Numbered from the whole stretch's first letter, positions 49,703 to 63,302 are shown. The stretch is DNA of 63,302 bases, filler included, from Reclinomonas americana ATCC 50394 (GCA_048213135.1; 16 parts of 16 records of this genome joined end to end with filler, not necessarily neighbours in it); one strand, 5' to 3'. Numbers and translations: made by a program. Notes: generated from the sequence alone by a model not told the origin.

Positions 49703-52700
49703 TCATTCGTCGTCGCGATCGGCCGAGACCTCGTCGTCGGGAATGTGCGACAGGGTGACGCCGACGACACCAGGATCGTCTGCTGGTCGCACCGCGTAGT
49801 CGGCAAAGCCGTTCAGGAGGATCTCCTTGAGGGTGTCGATCCACACAATCTCCAAGAATGGTTGCTGTGTGGCACACACATGCCAGTGAGACAGTGCAAA
49901 GCACCGGCAACATCAACGAAGGGACCTGTGCAGACCTCTCGTGCCAGTTCTCGCGACACTCGCTCGGTTTGAGTGATCAGGTCCTGCACATCGGCCGCCG
50001 CTCGGCTCTCATCCATGATGGCGAAGCGCACGTGTGCGTGCACCATGTCCATATGGCCACTGAAAGCCGGCAGCAGCTGGGATGTGGCCTGCTTGTACAG
50101 CTGCTCCATGGTTTCGCGGATCAGTGTTTGCATCTGTTCGTGATTCGGTCTGGCCTTGTGGTGGCGCTGGAAGCGCGCAACCGCATACTCAATGTGCACG
50201 TCCAGTTTGTTCAGCTGCGGAAGAAATGAGAACTCGACAACGATTGAAAGGAAGAGGGGGGAGCGACGCACCAGCACCAAGAATCCGGTGTTGGCACGCT
50301 GATCGGGAGCATTGCTGTGGTTGGCAGTGGCCGTCACCGCGTGCACCATGCGTTGCAGGAAGCCGACGTCACGCTCACTTGGTTCGCAGTCGAAGAAAAT
50401 CTGCAAGTCGCACACATTGTGAACAAATCGCATGCAACAACGATCGTGGCACAAAGAGGAACGAACCACCATCGAGTTGATGAAGCTGAGACTCTCTGTA
50501 AATCGCTTGCGCACATACGATTCCCAATCCTGCACGCATAGGGAGTGAGAGTCGGGTGCTGTCCATCACTACACCGTCGGGTCGGCAAACGCAACATTGA
50601 ATCCGGGCGTGTCAATCACCAGAGTCGGCTGCGCGCCGCCCAGCCTGCACTCGTACAATATGGCACGCTTGTTGCGCTCTTCTGCCCGCTCGCCGTGCGC
50701 CACTGCCGCCACTGGGTGGAGGCGTGACAGCGCAGTGGATTTGCCGGCCTGGAATTTACAGTCAGCAGAGTGGTTCCCATCGAAAGAAGCCACTCTCTCA
50801 CACACACCTTTTGCACACCGCAAAACCCGGTGGCCTCGAACGACGACAGAAACAGTCGCAGTTTGTGCAAGCCGGCAATCAGGAACAAAATCTACACGCA
50901 CCAAATTCAGCGCGGCCATCTGGCATATCGGGCACGAGAGATGTTACACGAAACGCGAGCAAAGTGAATGCGCTGCGGCTTCACCAGACGCTCCTGCAGA
51001 ATGGCTGCACGGTTTCCACGATGAGGTAAGCCACCGTGGATGAACACAGAGTGAGGCAAAGGCAACGAAACGACTGCGGCACAAGCGACTCCAATTGTCG
51101 TCCTCCACCACCGAGCCGACAGTGGAGATGCCGTGATTGGCCAGCACCTGATCGATGATTTGCTCGCTCTCGTCCACGGTCAGTGTGGCGTTGGAGACGG
51201 TGGTGAATGCGCGCTGTACAAAATTGACCAGCGTCTGGTACTCGGGCACCGAATCCATGGCCTCGTCTGCCCGCCGCCGAATCACGATGAGCCACTGGCA
51301 CTGAATGACAACGAGCGCACACACACGAAAGAAACGCAACACTGCACTTCGTTGTGCACCGACACAACGCGACGCTTGTTCAACGTCAGCACGGCCCACA
51401 CGGCGCGGAAGAACAGGCGCAGCGCCTCGGCAATCTTGCTGCTCGCCGACCTCTCTGTGAACAGTCGGATCGGAGACGCCAGTGTCACCTGCACGTAGAA
51501 TGCCAGAGTCAGGGAATGTGGACACTACAACACCACCGAGGCGAGTGAACCGACCTCGAGGCAGGCCTTCAGCACGGCCAACTTGCTGAGTCGACCGGGT
51601 ACACGCGCACCGGCCTCGCCCTCCAGTTGCACATCGGTGGGTGTGATTGGTGCAAACAATGCATTCTCAGCCGTCTCGTACATCCACCACAGGCCGTCGA
51701 GTGAGACTGTGGCATTCGATTGCATCTGGCCGACAATGCCGGTTGACCGTGTTGCACACTGTCGGAGCTCCTCCAGCACCGACGCCGGCAACACATTCAG
51801 CTGCTCCGGTTCCAGCTCGAGCAGGAATTGGTAGGCCAGTGTCATGTCGCGGAACACAATCTGCCGATTTCTCCGTCAGCACTCAGTGCCATGCACAAGC
51901 GAATTTGAAGGAAGAAAGTACCTCGCGGTTGTGCATGATCAGCGTGTGCAGCTGATCGCGCAGCACAATGGCCACGTCGACAGAGACATCCAGTGTTGAG
52001 TCGGGACAAGACAAGAACCACAGCGCCAGCACTGTCATGTCGCACGAGATGGTGCTGCAGAGGCTATTCAACGTCCCCAACACACGCTGTCGATCGAATA
52101 AGTCAGTGCTAAGTGAGTGTCTCCACTGTCTTATCGCGACAATCGCAAGTGGAACGCACTGTGAACTGTGTGACAGCAGCGTCGCCCTGCAGCGTGCACA
52201 ACAGCTGGAGACCAATCACGGCCGACTATGATCACAAGAGAGAGTGAGACACGCGAAGTATGAACAGCAGCAACCACGGCAGAACGCACTTCAATAACAG
52301 CGGCCGGTGTCATGTGCAGAACTTGGGCTCGTCGGTCGGGAATCACGCTGGTGTAGTGCAAGTCGAGCGTCCCCACCAGTGGCGTACGGCCAATAAATTG
52401 CGGCAAGCGCAGGCAGTATACGGTGGCGGTGCCGGGTGGCACGTGATTCGTCATCTCGCCGTAGATGATGGACGAGTCGACCGAGTGCACTCGCAGACCC
52501 GGATTGTAGTGACACAACTGCGGTCGAGTCACGCACGTCACACACTGTGAATGAGTTGTCACCCAAATGAAATACACACCGTGGTCAAGTCGATAAAGTC
52601 CAGATTGATGCCACTGACGGAGATGCACACCACGTTGGCCACGGCCGATGCACGAGCCGACTGGATGCGTGGTACAAACTGCGCAGATAGATGTGTGAGA

Positions 52701-54960
52701 TGAGATGAAGGAAGGCACTTGGGTCCATCGTGGCAAGTAAACAAACGCAACTCGCGGCGGCAGGCTGCCTTCGGCGTAGCGGCGCGACACCTCGGGCAGT
52801 GACCACTCGGTGATCACCGTGCAACAGGCGACAATCGATGTGGCGAGAGTGGAGTCGTCCACAAACGGCGGCAGACTCTTGTCGCTGGCCGCCGAGAATT
52901 GAGCCAGAGTGTCGCGGTCCTGTGCTCGTCGTGGTGGTCCACGCCAGCGACCGCGGTTGCTCGGACCCAGGGCAATGGTCAACAGGTTGGATGGTGGGAG
53001 GATGCGATCGAGAGTTGTCTCCCGTGGTGAGCGTGCAATGTTGAGGAGCAAGGCAGTGAGACCGCGGTCATTCATCTTTCTCTCCACCGCGGCATCTGTT
53101 CACATCGACGTAAGGGATGAGGAGGGTGGTGCGATGGAATCGACAGATATCTGTGCTCACCAAACGCAGGTGGACTACCAAGTGTAATGCACAGAATGCG
53201 ACGCTCGGCTAGCACGGCAGGCACATCAAACTGAACAACAAGAGCACGCACGCGCAATGAGCAACAGAAAGTGCACGGCACGCAGGTAAGCGCGCACCGC
53301 CGTGTACGCCTGACGAAGAGCAGTGACTTGCGCGAGCTGGCCACCGCGCCCCTGGCCAGTGAAAATCACACGAACGTAGTTGCGCAAGAGGAGTCGCACC
53401 AGTGTCGAGGGGAACTCGCTGGCCATTTGCCACAGTTCTGCCGGAGAATTGCGATGTAAGTGCAACGCACATTTCATGAAGCGTGCAGCCACGGCAAACC
53501 TGCATCGACCCTGCCGCCGAGACACGGGACATCCACAAGAGCACCGGCTGTCGCGACTCCCGGCACATGGAATGCCAGGACTGCATACAAATCGCCAGTG
53601 AATGGACACTCGCACTCCGCAAAGTGAATCCTGCGCCGAAAGAGTGAGCTCACGTGCGCACGCAGACTGAGCGGCATATCACATGGGAGACCTCGTCACG
53701 TCCGCCTCGTCATCAAGGCCGTCGCCGTCGAACGCGCGACCCGCTGCTCCACCGCCGACTCGTGGAGGCATGTTCACCGACTGCACCATGTGCACCGAAT
53801 GGTACAATCGATCCTGCGGCATCGACACCGACACGTGGTCCACCGACGCCGTCACCAGGCAACAGTTGAGCACGGTGGTCGGATCAAAGCCCCATCCACT
53901 GAAACGCTCCTCTGAAGCGTGCAACTGCATGTCTGTGCTCCGACGGGTGTGAGTGAGCGCACTTGAAGAGGGCGCGTGTGACTGCGCAACGATTGCTGTA
54001 GTACGAGTTGAAGTCGGGCCTCGGATCTGCACAGCGGTCAGCACCATGTTGCGATGACAAAATGCACACGTTCACACATACCTTGCTGCCTCGGGAACAA
54101 ATCACGCAGCAGGTAGTCGTAGAGTGGATCTGGTTGGAAGGCACGTCAGCAATCCACTTGTCTCACAAGATAACAAAGCATCATTACCTTGTTCGCGCAC
54201 GAGTGCACGCTGTCGCTCCCAGTCGAAATCGGCAATTCGTGGCCTTCTCGCCACCAACACGGGCGACGGTGGTGGCGCCTCTTCGGGGGCGGCACGCAAG
54301 TGCACCGACACTGCCGCCGAATTCTCGCTCAGTGCCACCGTCTCTGCGGCGAGCAAGTGAGCACGAGAGAAAATACAAGAGACGCGATCACTGAATCCAA
54401 CCTCGGAGAGCAGCGACAACGTCTGGCGTAATGACATCGCTGGCCGGCAAGTCGTCGAGCTCCTTGAGCAGGGTGTTGAGGTCGTTGAACCACATCTGTG
54501 CGTGCGTGGCGAGTTAGTCGAAGAGTGTGATGTTCGTCGCGGATGTGACAATCGACCGACGCACCTCGTTGCGCAGGTGCTCCGCAATCGCGGTGACACG
54601 ATTGGCGTCCCACCCGAGACGCTCGCCTGTAGACTGCACGAAGCGATCCAGCGAACTGCCGACGCGACCGCCGCCCGCCTCGTCCGCACTGCCTCCTGGC
54701 GCGCCTGCTCCATCGCCAGTCTCATTCGGCAGCGGCGACGCCAGTGCCTGCGCCTCACCGACAATGCCCAGTCGTTGGAGAAGTGTGGCCAGCACGTGTC
54801 GCCGCTCAGTGATCGACGGCTCCACTTGCGCACCGGGAGCAAGACGCGACAACTGGCGCACCTCCTCGCGCAGCTCTTCCAGTGAGCAGCGATCTGTGTG
54901 CAGATCGACAACCATTGAGACAGATAGAGACAGAGACGCGTGCGACAGTCTCAACACACA
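49703..54960 (-). CDS. Class-3 lipase-like (catalytically degenerate) + C-terminal TRAFAC GTPase fusion protein; 5' incomplete
   Basis: Lipase-like: GRVDA/ELWQMASEFP..VIFTGQGRGGQLAQV..ILCITLGSPP..DRILPP. GTPase: GFCGVQK/AGKST (G1 split by an intron), VIDTPG (G3), LNKLD (G4). TGA at 49703-49705. Confidence 0.78.
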
Positions 54961-55186
54961 CAGAGACGCAACGTCGCACAGTCGTCATGAAGCGCATTCG
55001 CACGGCCNNNNNNNNNNNNNNNNNNNNNNNNNNNNNNNNNNNNNNNNNNNNTTAATTAATTAANNNNNNNNNNNNNNNNNNNNNNNNNNNNNNNNNNNNN
55101 NNNNNNNGGGCGCGCGAGGGGGCGTGTGTATTGAGTGGTGAGAGGAGCGATTCTGATGTTTTCTCCGTTGTGTTATGGCTGCACAG

Positions 55187-56488
55187 GCTCAGGTGTTGGC
55201 CAACGCTTGCGGTCCGTGCATTGGTCAGTGGCAGCGCGACGACGTGCCGCAGGGCGTGCCGAACTCGATCATGACCTCGTTCAACCGCAACTTCACTGCG
55301 CGTAACGACGGCAACCCGGCCACGCACGCCTTTGTGGCGTCGCCCGAGATTGTGACGGCGTTTGCGCTGTCGGGCTCGCTCGAGTTCAACCCGACCTCGG
55401 ACTCCATCACCACCGCCGATGGCCGCAAGTTCAAGCTGCAGCCGCCAGCGGCCGATGAGCTGCCGAGCAAGGGCTTCGATGCTGGCCAGAACACGTACCA
55501 GGCGCCGGGCGATCCCAAGTCTGCTGGCGATGTGCGTGATCCTCGCACGAGTTTCTTTTCTATATTTTTGGTGATGGTGCTCACGTGTTCCATTTGGTGC
55601 AGGTGGTCGTGGACCCGAAGAGCGAGCGCCTCCAGCTGCTCGCCCCGTTCGACAAGTGGGACGGCAAGGACGTTGCCGATGCGGCCATTCTGATCAAGGT
55701 GCGCGGCAAGTGCACCACTGACCACATTTCGATGGCCGGCCCGTGGCTCAAGTACCGGTGCGGTGGTGTTGTGTAATTGTGTGTGTGTGACTGTGTGCGC
55801 TCGCTCTGCTAATCCACGAGTGTCGTGCAGCGGTCACCTCGACAACATCTCGAACAACCTGCTGATCACCGCCGTCAACGACGACAATGGCAAGATGAAC
55901 GAGGTCAAGAACCGCATCACTGGCAAGGTCGACAAGGTGCCGGCTGTGGCTCGCCAGTACAAGGCGGCCGGTGTGCCGTGGGTGGTGCGTGCTCAACCGC
56001 TCTCACTTGCTGTGGCAAAGTGAGAAACTCAATTTGTGACAGATTGTCGGCGACGAGAACTACGGCGAGGGCTCCAGCCGCGAGCACGCCGCACTCGAGC
56101 CGCGCCACCTGGGCGGCCGTGCGGTGATTGTCAAGTCGTTTGCCCGCATTCACGAGACCAACCTCAAGAAGCAGGGCATGCTGCCGCTGACGTTTGCCAA
56201 CCCGGCTGACTACGACAAGATCCAGGGCGACGACCGTGTGTCGATTGTGGGTCTGACCACCTTTGCGCCGGGCAAGCCGCTCACGCTGCGCCTCAAGAAG
56301 CCTGTTGCGTCGCACCGTGGCATATCTCTTTCGTTTCTCTCTCTCTCACAACTCCATCGCACTTGCAGGACGGCAAGACCGTGGACATCCCGGTGAACCA
56401 CACCTTCAACGATGACCAGATCGCATGGTTCAAGGCCGGCTCGGCCCTCAACCTCATGAAGCAGCAGCACGCTACCAAGAGGAGCTAA
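55187..56488 (+). CDS. ACO2: Mitochondrial aconitate hydratase, C-terminal part
   Basis: [85 protein letters not shown]; four GT-AG introns; TAA at 56486-56488. Confidence 0.97.
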
Positions 56489-56685
56489 AGTCGCACTTTC
56501 TCCTCCTCCACCTCCTCCTCTCTAGGGAGGAGAGCAACGTCACAGAATGCAGGCAGGTCTTAAGATACACTTACAGTGCCGTTTGAATGAATGTCGGTAC
56601 GCGCCTTCTTGTCAAGCCACCGATGAAGAACGTCGAGCGTCACCCCCCGGCAGGACGTTCATTTTCTTCGTATCTCCATCAAGCC

Positions 56686-57281
56686 ATGGTGTTGCTGTTG
56701 ACTCGCACCCTGCGTGGCCTGTGCACACGACCCACCGCCTCGTCGTACTTTTCATTACTGGGAGCGCGTCAGCTGAGCAGCGACGCCGTTGTGGTGGAGA
56801 GCAAGAGCGAGGAGAAGGCAGCAGCGACGCCCGTGAGACCAGCACGCCGCAACGCACCTGCCGCCAACAACATGCGCTCTGTCAACGACGCCCTCAAACT
56901 CTTCATCACACCCACTCTGCAGCAACCAGACTCGTACCCCGTGGCAGGTGCGTTTGTGTGCGCGTTGCGTGTGTGTGAATGGCGCACATGACCGACTCAC
57001 TGCGCGCAGGGCGTGCGTGGGAGGCTGAGGAGCTGCGACAAAAGAGCTCTGCTGACTTGGCACGACTGTGGAGTGTGCTGCTGGTGGAGCGCAATGCGTT
57101 GCAGACGGAGCGCTTGTTCTTTCGTCAGTCGCGCAGGCAGATGCCCAATCCCTCGCGAGTGCGCAAGGTGCGACAGTCGATGGCTCGCATCCAGACGGTG
57201 CTGAGTGAGAGGCGGCGGAATGCGTTGCCTGGACAGCTTACGGGATCGGCAAGTGGAAGCAGTGCTGCAAGTGTGGCGTGA
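56686..57281 (+). CDS. MRPL47: Mitochondrial ribosomal protein uL29m (MRP-L47)
   Basis: Presequence-like N-terminus, then G/RAWEAEELRQKSSADLARLWSVLLVERNALQT..PNPSRVRKVRQSMARIQTVLSER; one intron at ~56949-57009. Confidence 0.93.
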
Positions 57282-57399
57282 TTGACTTGCATTTACCGTG
57301 CATCTTCTTCTGCTGCTGCTGTCAATGAACAGCAGCCTTCGTAGATACAGTATACACGCACACTAACATATTCATTGTGGGGCAGCAATAGGTTGGTTA

Positions 57400-60300
57400 T
57401 TGACAGAAAACAAAACAGGGTGGAGGCGTCATCGCCCGCGACCGCGTGGTCGGTTGGTACGCAGTGGTCTGTGAGCGCATTGGGGAGGTGAGCAGAGTGC
57501 TTGCCTTGCGTGGGTCTCTGGGCGATGCAGCAGCGTACCTGGCGGGTGACATGGCGGGGCGCGTTCGTGGCGGTGAGTCTTCTTCGGGATCGTGAGGAGC
57601 GATCGGGTAAGAGGAGCGCGATCCCGACGGTGAGCCGTTCCTGCGACAACAATGACGAACGAGTTAGGAGACAGCACAGGCGATCGCGCGCGCGTGTGGC
57701 ACTCCGTCGCTCACCACGACACGCGACGTTGTGATGGACTCTCGTCCGTGGGGCGCGAACTCGGTGTGCGCACAGTTCCCGGTGGACTGCCATTATCGCG
57801 CGCACATTAACACATGCTGCACGAAGGACACACACACGCACAAAGTCAAGCGTACCTCGTGTAGAGACCCGGTGAGGGGGATCGAAGCGGTGCGCGCCCG
57901 GGACTGCTGTTGGTTCGTGGAATCATCGTAGCGACACCGGCGGGACTGGCACCTCCGTGCGGACTCTGTCGTGAGCTCTGCACCGGACTGACACCTTGTG
58001 GTCGGTACTGCAACACAGTAGGCGTCGATGCCTCTCCATGCCGATTGGGCGATGAGCCACGACTGCGTCGTGTGTCAGCCTCACAACTCGGATTCGTGGA
58101 AGCGTCAAAGAAAGCACGCAACTATTGGTCGGCACCAGTGGGCACGGGTGAAGGTCCACGATTTCGCGCCGAAGTCACCGGTGAGCCAGCGGAAGGCGAT
58201 TGCGGATTCCTGACCACAACAGACATGAGTACTCCAAATTAGGACAGCAAGCATCCCAGAAAACACACACACCGTTTCCGGCTCGGTGATGCGCCGTACA
58301 CGCCACCACTGCCACCGCTGACAGCAGCCGCGGCAGCGGCGGCAGCAGCGCCAGCCGGTGACTTGGCGGACGACACTGGTCGCGGCAGGCGTGCTGGACT
58401 TGGTCCGCGGTCAAACGGACGCGACGAGATCACAGGCGACTGACGCGGTGGTGCAGCAACCGTCGTCGGCTTGGGAGGTGTCATGGATCGCATATTCAGT
58501 CTGTGGACGCAAGAATGTGAACAGCACGCACGCAGACAAGGGGCGGTATGGAACGGATCGACGCACTTTGGTACATGGCGACTCGGTGAAGGATCTCGCG
58601 AACTGTGAGAGAGGAGCGGCGGTGAGGGGACTTGCTTGACAGGGGAGAAGGCCTGGCAAGGCAGGTGCAGACAGACGAAACTGCGATTCAGTCGACGCAG
58701 TTTGTTCGGAGAGCGCCGACACTCCCATCATGGGCGACAGAGTGGCCGTGTACGTGATCGGTGCGGGCGACGGCGACCGCGGATTGGCAAGCTGCTCGAG
58801 TGGAACTGCCAGCGATGGCACTGACGGTGGCACTCCAGGCGAATGCGGGGCCGATCCTCCACTGCCTGCCACTGGCGATGCCGAGCCGACCCCTGCCGTT
58901 GGTGTTGTTGCCGCTGTAGTCGTTGTCGCCGTCGTTGTCGCTGTTGTGGTGGCGGTGACGGTGGTCGCTGTTGCTGTCTGATCAGCAGGGGCATTCCAGT
59001 ACGGAAGCACGTGATTGGAGTCGGCTCGCACAAAGATGCCGCGGTTGGGACGGCAACGGAAGTAGCGGAAATTGCCCACACTGCCGTCGTTCTTGCCAAC
59101 TGCGCACGCAAAACAACGGCAGTGAGATTCTCCTGCATTGTCCACCCTGCTCGTCGTCGTCCATNNNNNNNNNNNNNNNNNNNNNNNNNNNNNNNNNNNN
59201 NNNNNNNNTTAATTAATTAANNNNNNNNNNNNNNNNNNNNNNNNNNNNNNNNNNNNNNNNNNNNGAAGGCAGCACGCAACTGGCGTCGTCGAGCTCGACA
59301 CCCACCCACACACCCGGCGCAAAATCCGTGAGTCCGAGATACCGCACGTGACCGAGGAGGTACGAGCTCGTGGCGGACACCCGCTGCCCCACTGACAGAC
59401 TCTGGTATCGCGTCTTCGATTCGCCCATCCACCACTGCGCCTGCGATAGACAGACGGAAGAGCAATCTCTCAGCCATACGTCCACAAAGATCGTCAAGTC
59501 ACTCTCTCTCTCTCTCTCTCTCCCACTTACCGCTCGTGATCCAGGAGCATCGGCCGCACCATCACCTGCCGACTGCGCCGGCGACCCAACCGTCGACAAT
59601 GCCGGGAGGGACGACAATGTCACCGGAGCCTGTGGCGGTGCAGCTGCTGGTGCGGGAGCAGGAGCCGTCGCTGCGACTGCTGTCGTAGGAGAAGACACCA
59701 CAGCAGCGGTGGTCGTGGTGGTGACGACGCTCGTCGGGACCTTGGGTCGCACCGGTGGACCCTCGACGGCGACCACCACTGGCACCGTCGATTGTGGAGC
59801 AATCGCCGGATCCTTCTTGGCCTGCGAAGGCGGAGGAGAGGGTGCAGTGGTGGAGATGGTGGTCGTCACGGCTGTCGATGCCGTGGCGGCTGCTGCGGCT
59901 GCTGCTGCTGCTGGCGATGATGGCGCCTCCTTCGCCTTTTGGTCTCCACTCGGCGACGACGGCGTCTTGTTCTTGGTCGGCGACGATTTCCGCACCACGC
60001 GCACCGGCTTGCTGTTGCTTGACGACTTTTTCAACGACGACTCGGCAGCGAGCTCCGCCTCTCCCGTGCTCGACAGCGGTGACAGGCTCTCAATGTCTTC
60101 GAGATCCTCCGCGTCTGGTGGCACCACCAACTCTTGCCACTCGAGAACCTTGCTCAGCACGTGCACCCGCTGCAAGAACGGATCCCGCGCAGTCACATCC
60201 AACAGCGAGAGACCAGCAGACAGAGACATTTCCACCACCGGTGGCGCGGCCATTGGTGCGGGGGACATGGGCGACGACGGTTCTGAGATGTCGCCGGGTC

Positions 60301-61436
60301 GCCGATCGCGGATCGACGGAGTGGCGCACTCGGCGGCGGCCGAGAGCGAGGTGCCACCATTGGTTTCCGGCTGCCCACTGGCCACATCCAGCGAATCTCC
60401 AGACACACCCCGATGTGGTGAGCCAGACACCACTGCGCGCACCGTTAGGCCCTGTCGGGCACCAGCACGGGCGGCCGCAGAAGCCTTGTCTGGAGTGCGC
60501 GTCTCGGAGGCTGCAGGAGCGTCGGCGGTGGACGAGGCCTCGGCGGCTGGCACGCTGGGCACGTTGATGGAAGACGCCGATTGTGCGCGAACCAGTTCCG
60601 AAATCTGGCAAACACATGGGTGAGACCGACAACGGGAGCGCGCAAAGAGTGCGACACACACGGATCACAATACCTGCTGCTCCAGAGCGTGCACTTTTTC
60701 CTCCAGACCAGGTTGCTGTGTCGAGGGGGGGAGGACCGACATTGAGAAGACACGCACACACAACACGAGGTGCGCGTGTATGCAGAGCGCAACTTGACCA
60801 CTCTCCATTGACGAAACGCGCCAGTCGACCATCTTGGAGAGCATATCTTCGAGTTTGCGCATCTGCCGAGCCTGCTCCGCCACCGTCGTGCGCAGCATCT
60901 TGACTTCAGCAGGATCCACCACTTCACCTGAAGATGGGGTTGGATCACTGTCGTCGCCAACGTGATGGCCATTCGCACCGGGCACCGGCGACCTGGGAGC
61001 CGGCGACGTGGCTCTCTTGGCAGACGGCAACGGTGCGCGCAAGACCTCCGAGCCGTCCTCCAGCCGAATTCGCTGCATCTGCAGATCGCGCGACAATGGT
61101 GGCGGTGGAGTGGTGCGTGCCGCACCGTTGCCAGCGGCCGTAGTCTGTGGCGGCGACGACGACGGTGGCATCGGTGGTGCTGGAGTGCTACCCGCGTACA
61201 CGACATTGGAAGCGGGATCCAGGTTGGAGAGTGGCGCCACAGTGATTTGCTTTGGCGTGGGTCGCTCGTCAGGATTCGGCGTCGACGGCGCCGACACTCC
61301 ATTGGTCTTGGCGGGGGAGCGCGGTGGTGTGGCGGTCGGCGTAGTTGTCAGCGACGCAGGTGGCAGTGGAGTGCCCGTCGTGGCCGACGGAGGTGCTGCT
61401 GGCGGCAGTGGCGTGCCCGTAGCTGCTCCCGTCGCC
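57400..61436 (-). CDS. CAP-Gly domain protein with long Pro/Ser/Thr-rich regions and a short coiled coil; 5' incomplete, 3' end approximate
   Basis: VGQRV..GHVRYLGLTDFAPGVWVGVELDDA/IGKNDGSVGNFRYFRCRPNRGIFVR. The GKNDG motif is rebuilt across an intron that contains the 59165 gap. Confidence 0.85.
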
Positions 61437-61571
61437 NNNNNNNNNNNNNNNNNNNNNNNNNNNNNNNNNNNNNNNNNNNNTTAATTAATTAANNNNNNNN
61501 NNNNNNNNNNNNNNNNNNNNNNNNNNNNNNNNNNNNCTCTCTCACACCACCACTACACACACACACACAAC

Positions 61572-61636
<65 letters not shown>

Positions 61637-61835
61637 ACACATGCAAATGTATGGACGCACTCGGCAGACTCATGACTTGGGGATTTGTAACGAGCAAGTC
61701 TCCCGGCGCGTGGTAATGTCAAGTTTTAGTCAACGTTTTACACAAGGCGACGGACATGTCCTGTGCACTTTTGCCCGCACCCAGAGCTCGCCCGAGAAGA
61801 ATGCTAGCAACGCGAGGGAAACGAGGAGGATAATG

Positions 61836-62138
61836 CTAGTAAACGAGGAGGGCGGCCAGTGGGTGATGGCGCCGATGAGGAGGTCCATTTTTTGGAGAAG
61901 TGATGTCCTGTGAAGTTTCTGCATGCCACTGCCTGTTGCTGACAGGTTCTGTAATTACAAAGAGCATCATATCACCCGTGGAAGCTCTATGTCTCTCCGC
62001 ATCCCTGACAGCACATCCAAGAGGCAAGCCTGTCTTTGATTTCTTCGATATCTCGATCTCGTGACAGCAAGAAGAGTGCCAGCAACGCTAGAGAATGCTA
62101 GTGACTGAGGAGGGCGGCCAGTGGGTGATGGCACCGAT
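61836..62138. repeat. ~40-bp imperfect direct repeat pair
   Basis: ctagt(aaac/gact)gaggagggcggccagtgggtgatggc(g/a)ccgat at ~61836 and ~62098. Confidence 0.85.
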
Positions 62139-62422
62139 AGTAGTGTGCCCTCTGACGTTCATGCACCTCTCCGTTTCTTTCACTTGTTCGCCGCTCACAT
62201 TCCCCTCTTCTCTAGCCTTTCGGCTCAACCTAGCAACTCGGCTGACGCGAGAGGATGCACGAAAGACGCAGCGTGTCCTTCTCCAGTCACCTAAATAGCA
62301 CCAGAGACCTTTGTTTTTCACCATCTATTCTGCACGTCCATCCCTCCTCCCAACTTCTTCTCAAAAAAATAAACACTGCATTACCTCCTCTATAACCTCT
62401 CACCACCTTCCCGCATCACTCC

Positions 62423-63170
62423 TCAGACACCCGTCAAGTCCACCGCCGTCCACTCCATCCTCCTCCTCCTCTCCTCTCCTTTCTCACCCTTTGCAAAATG
62501 AACTGGCTCCTCCACACTCGTCTTGTCGTTGGCCGTCACCCACTCCACGGCCAGCTTGATCTCCACGTCCGAGAGGCAACCGTTTCGAGCCAGCGCCGCT
62601 AATGTACCCGGACACTCGCGAAGGGCGCGCATGCCCAAGGCAACAAACTCCGTGACCGGAGCTGGTCTTCGGTTCCTCCCAACTGCAAACATCTTCCACG
62701 ATTCCTGTTTCGCGCCCATGAGTCTGCACAGAAGACATCTGCGTGCGCACGCACTCCCAAACCTTGGAGTGACCTTGCATGTTCAACTCGATCAGTGGTC
62801 TGGCCAGTGCGTCAGACAGCTCAATTCCGCGGAGCCCGCTCCGCTATATGGGTGACTTCTTTAAGCAGCTGGCGGGAGAGAAACGCCTTCCCGACCCGCA
62901 GCTCACCGTCATGTACGTGCTGACTCGCCGCAGCACGCCCTCCACTGACCAGGGTGTGTTGCTACGCGACGAATCTGCAGCGGCGCCGAGGCTCACGCCG
63001 AATGCGCTGACCGTGGGCGACGACGGCGATCCTGGTCCTAGTTGTGGAATTGCGCAGTGTTTGCAGGCGAGGTCGAGGAGAGCGCGTCGATGCTGAACGA
63101 CAGTCGAGTGCATGGCGAAAGGTGCCAGCAGACCGAAGGCCAGGACCATGATTTTCTTGTCGCAGCTCTG
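62423..63170 (-). pseudogene. Possible degraded intronless coding remnant
   Basis: The protein-like frame continues through an internal TAG at 62844-62846 (KSPI*RSGLRGIELSDALARPLIELNMQ) and appears to shift frame near 62715 into AKQESWKMFAVG..LSDVEIKLAVEWV. Confidence 0.35.
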
Positions 63171-63302
63171 CGTGCCAAGAGGGAAGGGATGAGAGAAGGG
63201 AAGAAGGAAGGGAAGAGGGGAAGGGAAGAGGGGAGGGAAGAGGGGAAAGGAAGAGGGAAGGGAGGAGGGAAGGGATGAGGGAAGAGAAAGGGGAAAGGAA
63301 GA

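Overview
Intron-dense eukaryotic (probably protist) genomic scaffold using the standard code, broken by 15 artificial 100-bp gap linkers (N44-TTAATTAATTAA-N44). Hand-splicing at GT-AG sites gives about 17 genes: a COQ4-like gene, a USP20/33-type deubiquitinase, a partial NEK kinase, a large EGF + cadherin-like + clan GH-A glycoside hydrolase protein, a 63-aa six-exon orphan, a UPF0390-like protein, an FkbM methyltransferase, a coiled-coil protein, an LRR protein, cathepsin Z/X, a large unassignable multi-exon gene, TPR/Mlp1 head-to-head with RAE1, a secreted Cys-rich protein, a pseudo-lipase/GTPase fusion, aconitase, MRPL47 and a CAP-Gly protein. The strongest unusual signal is splicing. At least 19 frame-consistent introns begin GTTGCG, which looks like GTGCGY shifted by one base, and microexons of 3, 4, 7, 9 and 10 nt are needed to rebuild conserved motifs. 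All gene models are manual, with no database search or RNA data; family calls rest on remembered motifs.
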